From NCBI GenBank assembly GCA_003225365.1, contig QHZN01000079.1, forward strand, positions 2,459 through 66,458: a stretch of 64,000 nucleotides of DNA, given 5' to 3'. Source of the stretch: Acidobacteriota bacterium. Its GTDB lineage: Bacteria > Acidobacteriota > Terriglobia > UBA7540. Shown piece by piece: positions 35,910-45,988 of this stretch (positions within the stretch are counted from its first letter, which is position 1; each line of letters opens with the position of its first letter). The position numbers and the translations under genes were made by a program. The notes below the pieces were generated by a model that was not told the origin of the DNA, made no database searches, and was given only the letters and a program-made list of their open reading frames with translations.

Positions 35910-38624
35910 TCAACCGTGCTCCTTCGCCTCTTTCCAGTTCTGCCCTGACCCGAGATCCACCCGCAACGGGACCTTCAAGGGGAAAACGCCTTCCATTTCT
36001 ACCCGCACAATTTCGCGCGCGCGGTCAAGTTCGGCTTCCGGCGCCTCGAACACCAGCTCGTCGTGCACGGTCAGAATCATCCGCGTCTGCATGGTTTCGG
36101 AGGCCAGCCGCGCGTGCGCCTTCACCATCGCGAGCTTCAGCAAATCCGCGGCCGTGCCTTGGAGCGGCGTGTTCATCGCCTCGCGCTCGGCGCGGTTGCG
36201 CGACGGCACGTCCTGGCTGTTGATCTCCGGTATGGGTCGCAGGCGGCCAAAGAGCGTGCGCACGCGCCCGGTCCGCCGCGCTTCTTCCACCTGCGCCTCA
36301 ATGAACTCTTTGACTCTCCGGTAACGGTCGAAATAGGCGTCAATGTAGCGCTGCGCCTCGGTCTTCGACGTGCCGGTGCGTTCGGCGAGCCCGAACGAGC
36401 TGAGCCCGTAGATGACGCCGTAATTGATGGCCTTCGCCATGCGCCGGTGCTCGTGGGTTTGCAGCGCCGCAGGGACGGCGAAAAGCTCCTCCGCGGTCCG
36501 CGAATGGATGTCTTCGCCGCGCTCGAAAGCCCCGATGAGCAGCGGGTCTTCGGACATGTGGGCGAGCACGCGCAACTCGATCTGCGAGTAGTCGGCGGAG
36601 ACCAGCCGCCAGCCCTCCGCGGCGACAAAAGCCGAGCGAATGCGCAGGCCGAATTCATCGCCGATGGGAATGTTTTGAAGGTTCGGGTTTGAGGACGAAA
36701 GCCGGCCCGTGCGCGACCCCATGGCGTCGAAACTGGTGTGCAGCCGCCCCGTCCGGGCATCCAGATATTTCGGCAGCGCGTCAATGTAGGTGGACTTCAG
36801 CTTGGCGCGGGTCCGGTACTCCAGGATTCGCCGCGGCAGGTCGTGGCTTTCGGCGAGCGCTTCGAGGACGGAGGCTTCCGTGGAATACTGGCCGCTTTTT
36901 TTGAGCTTCCTTCCGCCCGGTAGCTTTAGTCTTCCAAACAGCACTTCGCCGAGCTGCTTCGGTGAGTCAATGTCGAAGGGGCCGCCCGCGAGGCTGTAAA
37001 TTTCACCCGTCAGCCGGGCGAGCTCGCGCTCGAACTCCCCCGACATTTCGGCGAGAATGGGTGGATCGAGCCGCACACCTGCCGCTTCCATGTCGGCAAG
37101 GACAGGCGCGAGGGGCAATTCGATTTCGTCGTAAAGCTTTTTCAATCCTTGCTGGACAACCTCGGGAAGGAGCAATGCCGCAAGCTCGCGCGTCGCTTCC
37201 GCAGCGCCACCCAGCCCGTTCGGAAGCTTCCTCCCCAGCCGCCGCAGCGCAACATCTTCGAGCGAGTGACCCGAAGCCAGCGGGTCGAGTAAGCCGGCGT
37301 AAAGCATCGTGTCGTCGCGGACGCCTCCGAGCGCCAAGCCAAGTTTCGCCAACTGCAGCCTCAGTTGCTTTGAGTCGTGAACCGCCTTGGGTGGTTCTGG
37401 AGACCGAAGTACCGGTGCCAGCGAGCGCTCCAGGACCTTGGTTTGTTCCGCCGCTGGCGCTTCCACGCTTGCAGTCCGCCGGCCGTCCGCAAGGCCGAAC
37501 CCGCGGAGCGCATCGCCGAAACCTTCCCCGGCCTGCCCGGGATCCTCCCCAGACTCGACGCCAAAAGCCACCGCGAGTGGCGCCTTCGGATCGAGGCTGG
37601 CCAGCCAGGCCTCGAGCTCCTCAGGGGTTCGAACCTGAGTCTCCTCCACGCCTTTGGGGACATGGACCTCCGGAGCCCGCTCCAAAAACTCCCGCAGCAT
37701 GGAGGAGAAACCGAGCTCCTGACAGAGAGCGCGAAGCTCTTCAAGCTGCCAGGGCGCGGGGCGCAATTCCTCGAGCTTCACTTCGAGCGGCACATCCGTG
37801 CGAATGCGCGCCAGCTCTTTGCTCAGCAGCGCTTCCGCGCGAAAATCCCGGAGCGCCTCGCGATAGCTCGCCTTCTTGATGCGTTTTTCGTCTTGCCAGC
37901 CATCGAGGGCTTTCTCGGCCGAACCGAACTCCCGGATAATTTCCGTCGCTCCCTTGGGGCCGATGTAGCTGCGCTTCTTTTCGCCTTCGGCGGGCTTCTG
38001 CTCCTGCCCTGGCAAGGGACGCGCGCCGGGGATGTTGTCGCTCGGGTCGCCGGTGAGCGCCAGCCAGTCCACGACTTGTTCCGGCCCCACGCCCAGGATT
38101 TCCTTCACCTCTTCCGGCCCGCAGACCTTTTCCCCATCGCCCGCACCCCGCGCCGGCTTGACCACTCTCACGTGGTCATCCACCAACTGAAATAGGTCTT
38201 CGTCGCCCGATACGATGACCGCGTCGAGGCCGCGCGATTGTCCAAACTTCACCAGCGTGCCGATTACGTCGTCGGCTTCAAAACCCTCTCGCTCAGCGAG
38301 CGGCATTCCGAGCGCCGTGCAGAATCGGCGGACGTATGGCAGCTCGACGGCCAAATCTTCCGGGAACGCCGGCCGGTTGGCTTTATAAGCCTGAAAGAGC
38401 TGGTCGCGAAACGTAGGCGCGGCGAGGTCGAAGGCCACAGCAACGTAATCCGGCTGATGTGTCCTGAGCAGCTTCAGGAGCGTCCGCACAAAAATGTAAA
38501 TCGCTTTCGTGGGCATGCCGGAAGGAGAAACCAATGGGGTTTGCATTGGCGCGTAGAAGGCCCGGAAGACGAGCGACATGGCGTCAATCAGGAACAGCTT
38601 TTCTTTTCGAAGCGGTTCCGGCAT
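35910..38624 (-). CDS. polA: DNA polymerase I
   Basis: 5'-nuclease domain (LFLIDAMSLVFRAFYA), an exonuclease-like middle domain, and polymerase motifs (DYSQIELRVLAH, RRMAKAINYGVIYG, VHDELVFE). ATG 38624 is chosen because homology begins there. Confidence 0.95.
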   Translation of the reverse strand: MPEPLRKEKLFLIDAMSLVFRAFYAPMQTPLVSPSGMPTKAIYIFVRTLLKLLRTHQPDYVAVAFDLAAPTFRDQLFQAYKANRPAFPEDLAVELPYVRRFCTALGMPLAEREGFEADDVIGTLVKFGQSRGLDAVIVSGDEDLFQLVDDHVRVVKPARGAGDGEKVCGPEEVKEILGVGPEQVVDWLALTGDPSDNIPGARPLPGQEQKPAEGEKKRSYIGPKGATEIIREFGSAEKALDGWQDEKRIKKASYREALRDFRAEALLSKELARIRTDVPLEVKLEELRPAPWQLEELRALCQELGFSSMLREFLERAPEVHVPKGVEETQVRTPEELEAWLASLDPKAPLAVAFGVESGEDPGQAGEGFGDALRGFGLADGRRTASVEAPAAEQTKVLERSLAPVLRSPEPPKAVHDSKQLRLQLAKLGLALGGVRDDTMLYAGLLDPLASGHSLEDVALRRLGRKLPNGLGGAAEATRELAALLLPEVVQQGLKKLYDEIELPLAPVLADMEAAGVRLDPPILAEMSGEFERELARLTGEIYSLAGGPFDIDSPKQLGEVLFGRLKLPGGRKLKKSGQYSTEASVLEALAESHDLPRRILEYRTRAKLKSTYIDALPKYLDARTGRLHTSFDAMGSRTGRLSSSNPNLQNIPIGDEFGLRIRSAFVAAEGWRLVSADYSQIELRVLAHMSEDPLLIGAFERGEDIHSRTAEELFAVPAALQTHEHRRMAKAINYGVIYGLSSFGLAERTGTSKTEAQRYIDAYFDRYRRVKEFIEAQVEEARRTGRVRTLFGRLRPIPEINSQDVPSRNRAEREAMNTPLQGTAADLLKLAMVKAHARLASETMQTRMILTVHDELVFEAPEAELDRAREIVRVEMEGVFPLKVPLRVDLGSGQNWKEAKEHG

Positions 38625-38834
38625 CGGACTCCGAAATCCCTCCACCAGGGCGCTCCATTGTACACGAGGCTCGCCAGAGCTGCTAACCGCCGCGTGACCA
38701 GGATGCCACAGTGTTGTTGTGCTTTTGCCACACAACGGGATGTTGCCTTCGTTTTTGCCCCTGTATCCGATTGACAACATGCCTGTTATAGATTCCTGAA
38801 TTGGAGCTAGAAATGCCGTATATTAAATTGACGC

Positions 38835-39686
38835 ATGATTGAAGATCTCTACCACCAACAAACTCTTGCCGCGACAGCCGGTCTTTCCGGCATCGGCCTG
38901 CACACCGGCGTCAATGTCAACCTCCACCTTCTGCCTGCCCCCACGAATACTGGAATCGTTTTCCGTCGCGTAGATTTAGACGCTTTTCCCATCGAAGCGT
39001 TGGCAAGAAATGTGGCGCGGGTCAGCTACGCGACCAGCTTGATGAAAAAGGGCGTGCTGATTTCGACGATCGAGCACCTGCTTTCCGCCTTGGCGGCAAT
39101 GGGAGTGGATAACGTCTACGTGGACATCGATAATCTGGAATTGCCGATCATGGACGGCAGTGCGCTGCCCTTTTATCGGCTTCTCCGCGGCGTGGGCGTC
39201 CGCCGCCAGCGGGCTTGGCGGACTTACGCGCGAATCCTCAAACCCGTGGAGGTCGAGGACGGCGCCAAGCGCATCGCGGTCTATCCGGCCGAACCCTTTC
39301 AGGTCCATTACCGGATTTCATTTCCTCATCCGCTCATTGGGGAACAAGAGTTAGGCTACCACGCCGACGAATCGAGCTACGAAACCCAGATCGCGCCCGC
39401 GCGGACGTTTGGATTTATCGAAGAAGTGGAGGTCCTGCGTCGGAGCGGCCTCGTGCGCGGCGGGTCGCTCGAAAATGCCATTGTCTTGACGCGCGACGGG
39501 CTGTTGAACCCGGAAGGCCTCCGCTATCCAAACGAATTCTGCCGGCACAAAGTCCTCGATCTCATCGGCGACCTGTCGCTTCTTGGGCATCGCCTTATCG
39601 GCAAGGTGGTGGTACATTCTGGCCAACCGTGCCGGACCTTGGCTTCTCCATTCCCGAGCGCTTCAACGTGGCGGAATTTTTTGTAA
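38835..39686 (+). CDS. lpxC: UDP-3-O-acyl-GlcNAc deacetylase LpxC; C-terminal homology ends abruptly, so possibly truncated or inactive
   Basis: GIGLHTG, TIEHLLSAL, ELPIMDGSA, ARTFGF and HKVLDLIGDL are LpxC motifs. After ..GKVVVHSG the expected catalytic His (KSGHALN block) is Gln at 39624..39626, and the remaining 20 aa show no LpxC similarity. Confidence 0.8.
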   Translation: MIEDLYHQQTLAATAGLSGIGLHTGVNVNLHLLPAPTNTGIVFRRVDLDAFPIEALARNVARVSYATSLMKKGVLISTIEHLLSALAAMGVDNVYVDIDNLELPIMDGSALPFYRLLRGVGVRRQRAWRTYARILKPVEVEDGAKRIAVYPAEPFQVHYRISFPHPLIGEQELGYHADESSYETQIAPARTFGFIEEVEVLRRSGLVRGGSLENAIVLTRDGLLNPEGLRYPNEFCRHKVLDLIGDLSLLGHRLIGKVVVHSGQPCRTLASPFPSASTWRNFL

Positions 39687-41200
39687 ACAGGAACTTGGCG
39701 GAAGGCCGGGGCGCTCAAGTCGCTCTGATTTGCGGCGGTCGCCAAATCACTTACGGACAAATCGCCCAAGAAGTGGACCAAGCAGCGAATGCGTTTTCCG
39801 CCGTCGGCATTCAGCCCGCCGACCGGGTCTTTTTGCTGCTCCTCGATTCGCCCGCCTTTGTTTCGGCCTTCTGGGGCGCCACCAAGATCGGGGCAGTCCC
39901 GATTCCGGCCAACACGCTGCTTGGAGCGGAAGAGCTCGAGTTCATGTGGAAAGACAGCCGCGCGCGCTGCCTGGTTGTGGACGCGAGCTTGCTGGAGAGA
40001 GTCCGGCCGATCCTGGCCTGTCAGCCGACAGACAGGAGCGACGGCCCCGTAACCACTTACGTCGCGGGCGGAACGGGCAGCGCGGAAGGCGTGCTGAACT
40101 TCGAGCAGGAACTCGCGCGCCAGCCGCGCCAAGCCGAAACGGCGCGGACTCATCGCGACGACCCGGCGTTTTGGCTCTACACTTCGGGCAGTACGGGCCG
40201 CCCCAAAGCCGCCATCCACCTTCATCGCGATTGTGTCTATTGTTATGAGCTCTACGCCAAGAGAGTCTTAAAAATCAGCTCGAGCGACCGCACGTTTTCA
40301 ACCTCAAAACTCTTCTTTGCCTATGGCCTTGGGAACGCGTTGTATTTCCCGTTTGGGGCGGGCGCCAGCACCGTGTTGCTGGCCGAGAAACCCACACCCG
40401 AAAGGGTTTTCGAAACCCTGACCCGGCATCGGCCGACGATATTTTTCGCGGTGCCTTCCGTTTACGCAGCGCTTGTAGATTCTGCGGAGGTGCCGGAGGG
40501 CGCATTCAATTCTGTCCGTTGCGCTGTGTCAGCCGGAGAAGCCCTGCCCGCGCCGATCTGGGAGCGTTGCCGGGCTCGCTTTGGCCTCTCGATTCTCGAC
40601 GGCATCGGCTCGACGGAGATGCTGCACATGTTCATTTCGAATCGCCTCGATGATATGGTCCCGGGCTCGAGCGGGACGCCCGTGCCCGGTTACCAGGCGA
40701 AGATTGTGGACGAACTAGGGCGCGAGACCGCCCCGGGACAAATCGGCGAGCTCATGGTTCGCGGGGAGAGCGCGGCGGCGGGCTATTGGGAGCGCCCGGA
40801 GCTGACCGCGGCGACTTTTCAAGGCGAATGGACAGCCACGGGTGACAAATATTATCGGGACGCGCGCGGCTACTACTGGTACTCGGGACGCAGCGACGAC
40901 ATGATGAAGGTCAGCGGGATGTGGGTCTCGCCCTTGGAAGTCGAATCGGCGATGCTCGCCCATCCTGCGGTGGCAGAGTGCGCCGTCGTGGGGGTGGTCG
41001 ATAGTTCAGGGCTTGTGAAACCGAAGGCCTTCTTCGTTGCGAAAACTGGGGCGCCACCTGGCGAGTTGGAAGCCGAGCTAGAGGATTTCTTGCGCATGCG
41101 CCTTCCCCATTACAAACTCCCCAAATGGCTGGTGCGCGTCAATTCCCTGCCGCGAACGGCCACCGGAAAAGTTCAACGGTTCAAACTTCGCGGCCTCTGA
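39629..41200 (+). CDS. Benzoate/4-hydroxybenzoate-CoA ligase-family AMP-dependent synthetase
   Basis: IPERFNVAEFFVNRNLAEGRG N-terminus, the AMP-binding motif YTSGSTGRPKA, and the GDKYYRD..GYYWYSGRSDDMMKVSG block. GTG 39629 is the first plausible start; the upstream part of the 661-aa ORF overlaps lpxC and shows no homology. Confidence 0.8.
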   Translation: MPDLGFSIPERFNVAEFFVNRNLAEGRGAQVALICGGRQITYGQIAQEVDQAANAFSAVGIQPADRVFLLLLDSPAFVSAFWGATKIGAVPIPANTLLGAEELEFMWKDSRARCLVVDASLLERVRPILACQPTDRSDGPVTTYVAGGTGSAEGVLNFEQELARQPRQAETARTHRDDPAFWLYTSGSTGRPKAAIHLHRDCVYCYELYAKRVLKISSSDRTFSTSKLFFAYGLGNALYFPFGAGASTVLLAEKPTPERVFETLTRHRPTIFFAVPSVYAALVDSAEVPEGAFNSVRCAVSAGEALPAPIWERCRARFGLSILDGIGSTEMLHMFISNRLDDMVPGSSGTPVPGYQAKIVDELGRETAPGQIGELMVRGESAAAGYWERPELTAATFQGEWTATGDKYYRDARGYYWYSGRSDDMMKVSGMWVSPLEVESAMLAHPAVAECAVVGVVDSSGLVKPKAFFVAKTGAPPGELEAELEDFLRMRLPHYKLPKWLVRVNSLPRTATGKVQRFKLRGL

Positions 41201-41289
41201 GGCGGCGGCCGACGCGCGTACGGACGCCTCGCCTATCAGCGGGAAAAGATGGCGCTCGCAACCAGGAAGGTAAGGAGGGCAGCAGCCTG

Positions 41290-41862
41290 TCACCACCACG
41301 CTCCTGGCCTCTTCCACCACCGCTTTGTGAACTCGACGTGCATCCAAATAACAGGCAGAGCGACTACAAAGTTGGCCCAGGACCTGTGAGTGAAGCCGAG
41401 CACCACGAGGCCAGTTAGGCAGACGAAAGCGAAAATCTGCGACAAGATAGCCGATCCCACGATGTGATGCCTTGAGTCTTGGTGGTAGCTTAGCATGCCT
41501 ATTCTCCACCCTGCGAGAGAGGCCGCAGTTGGGTACTGGGTCTCCAACAGGTCGATCATCCGCCCCTGGGTGAACACGAGTACGACGGCGGTGATGAGAA
41601 AAACGCCTTCAAGGACTTTCCACAGGCTGTTCAATCTGAGGAAGGCAATATGGCCCGGCCGGAACCGGCGAGATCGCCAGTACAGCCTAGTCGCCCCGAG
41701 CCTATAGCCAAATAGAATGACCGTCCCGCCCGCAAACCCCCGCCAACGAAGCGAGGGCATCCAGGTCGCGGGTCCGTACTCCGCGTAGGCAAGAATCGCC
41801 GCTACCACGGCAATAGCGAAAAGAAACTCGAAGACCCCCTCCCCAATCCGCCGACCGCTCAT
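41290..41862 (-). CDS. Hypothetical membrane protein (about 5 TM segments)
   Basis: 190-aa hydrophobic ORF. Its start overlaps the pepN stop by 4 nt (ATGA), which suggests co-translation. I recognise no family. Confidence 0.55.
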   Translation of the reverse strand: MSGRRIGEGVFEFLFAIAVVAAILAYAEYGPATWMPSLRWRGFAGGTVILFGYRLGATRLYWRSRRFRPGHIAFLRLNSLWKVLEGVFLITAVVLVFTQGRMIDLLETQYPTAASLAGWRIGMLSYHQDSRHHIVGSAILSQIFAFVCLTGLVVLGFTHRSWANFVVALPVIWMHVEFTKRWWKRPGAWW

Positions 41863-44546
41863 CTGGACTCTCCCGACCTTGCCGCATAGTTCTGCAAGAA
41901 CTCAGCCACGCTGGGTGCCTGGGCCTTCTTATAGGCGACGCACAGGTCGATCCCTTCTAGGACCTGGGCCAGGATCCGCGGTCCTCCCGTATACTTGGTG
42001 GAACGCCCCTCAAAGAAGCTCTGGACATCCTGGCGATGCTGGGGGTCGCAATAGCCCGCGGCGACGTAAGGCAGGAACGCACCCGTGTCGGTCGGGAGCT
42101 TCGCCACAAGCGCGTCCCAGTTCTCCTTCACGAAGCTGTAAGCAAGGTCTCGCGTCTTTGGCGACTGAGACACGCCGAACAGTATGTTCAGCGACTGGCG
42201 ATTATCGAACTCGTCCGTCAACACGATCGGCATCGCCGCGGTGGCGATATCCGGCTCTGGGAGCAGGCCCAGGCTGAAGAGCAGGGTGCCGCGGAAGTCT
42301 TCATTTTTCTCCTGGCGCGCGGCAAGGCGCATGCGATCGAAAAGCTGGCGGTCTCCGTGGCGGGCCGCTGTGGTGAGCACAACGCCCACCATGTCCGGCC
42401 GGACCGCCTTGTGATCCCCGAGCCACGCCATCGCCAGCTTCTCAGCCTCCGCGATCGCCTGTGGGTCTTCGGCCTGGTTGGCGAGGACGCCCTCGAGCGA
42501 GGGGCGAAGGAGGCGGCTGTCATCGCTTTCGCCCGGTTTCGACGCCCAGCCGAGGTTGCGCGCCCGCGCGCCGTAAACGTCCACTAGATACTGCCGATAG
42601 CGGGGCAGCAGGCCCGGCTCCACAAGGTTGTCCCCGAGTCCTGTGGTGATCTCCATCGTCTTGGTGACCACCTGCCGGGCAGAGTCCTGAGCGAGGGCGG
42701 GGGCGAGCCCGAGCGCCCGGCCCAGAGGCATCTTGCCGCTTCGCGTAAGGGCATAAATGTCGCCGATCAGGGAGACTTTCTCCGCCAGAGGGAGTTCGTG
42801 GCCGCCGTCCTTCAGGAGACTCCCGAGCAAATCGTTTTGGTAAAGCACCCGGTAGTACCCGTCGGCGTCAGCGTTGGCGTCGAGCCACCCCGGGCAGCCT
42901 GTGGCCTTCGTTAGCGCCATCTCGTTTGACTGCTCCCCGAGCAACACGCACTGCCGCGCCTTGCCGGAGCCCGAGGCGTAACGCACGCAGACAGGTACCC
43001 TCCAGAGTTCAGGCACCGCTCCGGAGGAGCCGAGTGGCAGGAATCGCTGTTGGGTCAGGTCGAGCTTGGCGTCGCCACCCTGGCAGTCGAGCGCCGCCGT
43101 CACCAAGGGAACGCCGGGCTGGTCGAGGAAACTGGAAAACGCCGAGGCGATGGCGCTGTCGTTGCCGGCGAGCGCTGCTAGGAACTGGGCCGACGTCGCG
43201 CTTCCCCAGGAGTACTCCTTGAGGTAGCGTTGAATGCCCTCGCGGAACTTCGCCGGGCCCATGTAAGACTCGAACATGTTGAGGAGCGCGGAGCCCTTAC
43301 TGTAAGTAATGCCGTCGAAAGCGTTGGCGATGTCGTCGTTTGACTCAATGGGCTGCCGCACCCGGCGCGCGCTCACTAAAGCATCGTTCTCCATCGCGCC
43401 CTGGGAGGCATTCAGTTCGGAGATATTCATGTTCCACTCGGGGTGGTACTCATTGACGATCTTGTTCGCCATCCAAGAGGCAAAACCTTCGTTCAGCCAG
43501 ATATCGTCCCACCAAGCCGTGGTAACGAGATCGCCGAACCACTGATGCGCCAGCTCGTGAGCGGCCACGCTCACCCACTCCCGCTGGCGGTTCAGAGTAT
43601 CGTTTTCCGGCTTGACCGCGATGATCGATGCGCCGTATGTAACCAGACCCGGATGCTCCATGGCGTAGCCGGCCAGCGGAATCGCCACCTCGTCGAGCTT
43701 GTCGTAGGGGTAAGGGATGCCGAAGTACTTTTCGAGCAGATTCACGATGTCGGGAGTGGTTTGGGCGGCGTACTTCGCCTCGGCCGCCCGCTCGTGCGGC
43801 ACCACAATACGAACCTTGGTGTGCTTCTCGCCCGCGGTGCCGGCATCCACGATGTCCTCGTTGCCGACCGTAAGCGCCACCAGATAACTAGGCAATGGCG
43901 GGGTTTCCACAAACTTCGCGGTTTTCATGCCATTGCCCGTCTCGGTTTCAGAAAGGGCGGGCGTGTTGGAAAGCGCCACTTGGTCTTTCTTCACGTGCAG
44001 TGTCAACTGCCAGGGGACCTTGTAGGCGGGCTCATCGAAACACGGGTATGCCCGCCGCGCCCCGATGTTCTCAAACTGCGAATAGACGTACCACTCGCCG
44101 CCATCCTTCACCTGGAAGATGCCCTGCATGTCCTTGCGACTGATCTCGCCCTGATAGGAGACGTGCAGCCGGGCAGCGCCGGGGCCTACTGGGTGCGCGA
44201 ACGCAAATCCGACGTAGTCCTTCGGGGTGGGAATCACCTCGACGGCAACCTCTTGGCCGGCGGAGGACAGGGAGGCGACCTTTACCGCGATCTTATCCGC
44301 ATTCAGCCAAAGAATCGGGGTTGATTGCTTGAAGTTCAGGTCGATGTCGATGGCGCCTGTGAATGTGTCGCGATCTGGCACGATAGTGAGATCGACAGCG
44401 TACCGCACTGGACCGGCCACTTCGGAAGGCAAACGGAACTTTGGAGGAGCGGGTGCGTTGCCCGCCCAGACAGGGAGCGCCGCCAGCATGCCCAAAGCGA
44501 GAGCCATCGTCAGCCTCGCGAGACTGCGCGTGGAAGCCCGTTTCAT
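41859..44546 (-). CDS. pepN: M1-family aminopeptidase N-like metallopeptidase, secreted
   Basis: HELAHQWFGDLVTTAWWDDIWLNEGFASW carries HExxH-x18-E, and a GAMEN motif is present. ATG 44546 is preceded by GGAGGA and followed by a signal peptide (MKRASTRSLARLTMALALGMLAALPVWA). Confidence 0.9.
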   Translation of the reverse strand: MKRASTRSLARLTMALALGMLAALPVWAGNAPAPPKFRLPSEVAGPVRYAVDLTIVPDRDTFTGAIDIDLNFKQSTPILWLNADKIAVKVASLSSAGQEVAVEVIPTPKDYVGFAFAHPVGPGAARLHVSYQGEISRKDMQGIFQVKDGGEWYVYSQFENIGARRAYPCFDEPAYKVPWQLTLHVKKDQVALSNTPALSETETGNGMKTAKFVETPPLPSYLVALTVGNEDIVDAGTAGEKHTKVRIVVPHERAAEAKYAAQTTPDIVNLLEKYFGIPYPYDKLDEVAIPLAGYAMEHPGLVTYGASIIAVKPENDTLNRQREWVSVAAHELAHQWFGDLVTTAWWDDIWLNEGFASWMANKIVNEYHPEWNMNISELNASQGAMENDALVSARRVRQPIESNDDIANAFDGITYSKGSALLNMFESYMGPAKFREGIQRYLKEYSWGSATSAQFLAALAGNDSAIASAFSSFLDQPGVPLVTAALDCQGGDAKLDLTQQRFLPLGSSGAVPELWRVPVCVRYASGSGKARQCVLLGEQSNEMALTKATGCPGWLDANADADGYYRVLYQNDLLGSLLKDGGHELPLAEKVSLIGDIYALTRSGKMPLGRALGLAPALAQDSARQVVTKTMEITTGLGDNLVEPGLLPRYRQYLVDVYGARARNLGWASKPGESDDSRLLRPSLEGVLANQAEDPQAIAEAEKLAMAWLGDHKAVRPDMVGVVLTTAARHGDRQLFDRMRLAARQEKNEDFRGTLLFSLGLLPEPDIATAAMPIVLTDEFDNRQSLNILFGVSQSPKTRDLAYSFVKENWDALVAKLPTDTGAFLPYVAAGYCDPQHRQDVQSFFEGRSTKYTGGPRILAQVLEGIDLCVAYKKAQAPSVAEFLQNYAARSGESR

Positions 44547-44862
44547 GATTCCTCCTCTTCGGTGCGTCGGCGGTTTGCTGTGGCGCTTCTGGCTGCCGAT
44601 AGCCCAAAAAAGCTGGTCGCCCTCGACGGCCGGCCTGGCTACGGCATAAAACACAGGACGCTCGCCGGCATCACACAAGCCCGCCACATCCAGAAAACTA
44701 TACGCCTTTTCCAGCGGGGAAATTGCCAGGATCCCGGTCTGCTTTGTCCACTCGAGACGCGCTCAGGCGGTGCTTTGCTTTGAAAGAGACCCCTGCCACC
44801 GCTTCATCTGCTATACTTTCCGACGGGCGAATTGAGCCGGGTTTGGCCCGCGCCATCCCTTT

Positions 44863-45936
44863 ATGTCTGTGGCCGATACAGAAAAAGAACTGAAAGGCGG
44901 TCTGCGCTACGGCCCCTATGTCACCCTCGACGAAATCCGGGGACTCGCCGCCGAGATGACTTGGAAATGCGGCGTCGTCAACATTCCGTTCGGCGGCGCC
45001 AAAGGCGGCGTCATCTGCGATCCCGAAAAACTTTCGACTGGCGAGCTGGAGCGGATCACGCGACGGTACACGGCGGAAATCCTCGACTACATCGGCCCGG
45101 AGCGCGACGTCCCCGCCCCGGACATGAACACCAACGAGCAGACGATGGCCTGGATCATGGACACCTACTCCATGCACGTCCGGCACACGGTGACGGCGAG
45201 CGTGACGGGAAAGCCGCTCGACCTCGGAGGCTCGCGCGGCCGCCGCGAGGCGACCGGGCGCGGGTGCATGATCGTCTGCGACCAAGCCCTCAAACGCTTC
45301 GGGCGCGACCGGCAATCCACGCGCGTCATCGTCCAGGGATGCGGAAACGTGGGCTCGCAGGCGGCGCGGCTGATGCACGAGGCCGGCTATAAGATCGTCG
45401 GCGTTGCAGACATCCACGGCGGCGTATTGAACACGCACGGGCTTGGTATCCCCGCCTTGCTCGAATACGTCAAGGAAAACAAGACGGTCAAAGGCTTTCC
45501 GGAGGGCGACCCGACGAACGCTCAGGAGATTCTCGAGCAGGATTGCGAAATCCTGCTGCCCGCGGCGATAGAAAGCGTCATCAACAGCAAGAACGCGGCG
45601 CGCATCAGGGCGCGGATCTTGGTCGAAGGAGCGAACAGTCCCACTACGCCTCCCGCCGACGACATCCTTTTCGAGCGCGGCGTCTTTGTCGTGCCCGACA
45701 TCCTGGCCAACGCCGGCGGCGTCACCGTCTCCTACTTCGAATGGGTCCAAGACCGGCAAGGCTACTTCTGGCCGGAAGGCATCGTCAACGATCGGCTCAA
45801 GCAGATCATGGTCGCGGCCTTCAACGATGTCGTCCAGTACGGCGAAAAGCACAACGTCAATAACCGTATCGCGGCCTATATGCTGGCCATAGACCGCGTC
45901 GCGTTTTCGGTGAAGCTGCGCGGGATTTACGCATAA
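44863..45936 (+). CDS. gdh: Glutamate dehydrogenase paralog lacking about 55-60 N-terminal residues (short form or 5'-truncated pseudogene)
   Basis: The ORF starts at ..[14 protein letters not shown].. and continues with [31 protein letters not shown] and [12 protein letters not shown]. An in-frame stop lies 30 nt upstream, and no GDH-like sequence is present in any upstream frame. Confidence 0.7.
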   Translation: MSVADTEKELKGGLRYGPYVTLDEIRGLAAEMTWKCGVVNIPFGGAKGGVICDPEKLSTGELERITRRYTAEILDYIGPERDVPAPDMNTNEQTMAWIMDTYSMHVRHTVTASVTGKPLDLGGSRGRREATGRGCMIVCDQALKRFGRDRQSTRVIVQGCGNVGSQAARLMHEAGYKIVGVADIHGGVLNTHGLGIPALLEYVKENKTVKGFPEGDPTNAQEILEQDCEILLPAAIESVINSKNAARIRARILVEGANSPTTPPADDILFERGVFVVPDILANAGGVTVSYFEWVQDRQGYFWPEGIVNDRLKQIMVAAFNDVVQYGEKHNVNNRIAAYMLAIDRVAFSVKLRGIYA

Positions 45937-45988
45937 AGGTTCCGAGGCCTACGCCCGGAAACTCCCGCTCGGTCAAAAAGGATGCCCC

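Noticed and set aside
36900-38100. Odd features in PolA: an insertion of about 17 aa in the 5'-nuclease H3TH region (NIPG-ARPLPGQEQKPAEGEKKRS-YIGPKGA) and a degenerate ExoI motif (AFGVES instead of DTET).
   Set aside because: Exonuclease-deficient PolA enzymes and lineage-specific loops are common. This is not distinctive enough to report as a finding without alignments.
39215-39628. N-terminal 138 codons of the 661-aa ORF that contains the CoA ligase.
   Set aside because: This part overlaps lpxC in another frame, is Arg/Pro-rich, and shows no ligase homology. Ligase similarity starts at IPERFN, so GTG 39629 is the more plausible start.
44781-44818. Promoter-like TTGAAA ... TATACT upstream of gdh-1.
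   Set aside because: The spacer is 26 nt, far from the roughly 17-nt optimum, so I cannot support it as a sigma-70 promoter.
44698-45852. 384-aa minus-strand ORF opposite gdh-1. Similar large ORFs lie opposite panC (57839..59083), the CocE gene (59285..61003 and 60888..62207) and gatB (61832..62977).
   Set aside because: All are antisense shadows in high-GC coding DNA. The opposite-strand genes carry unambiguous family motifs.
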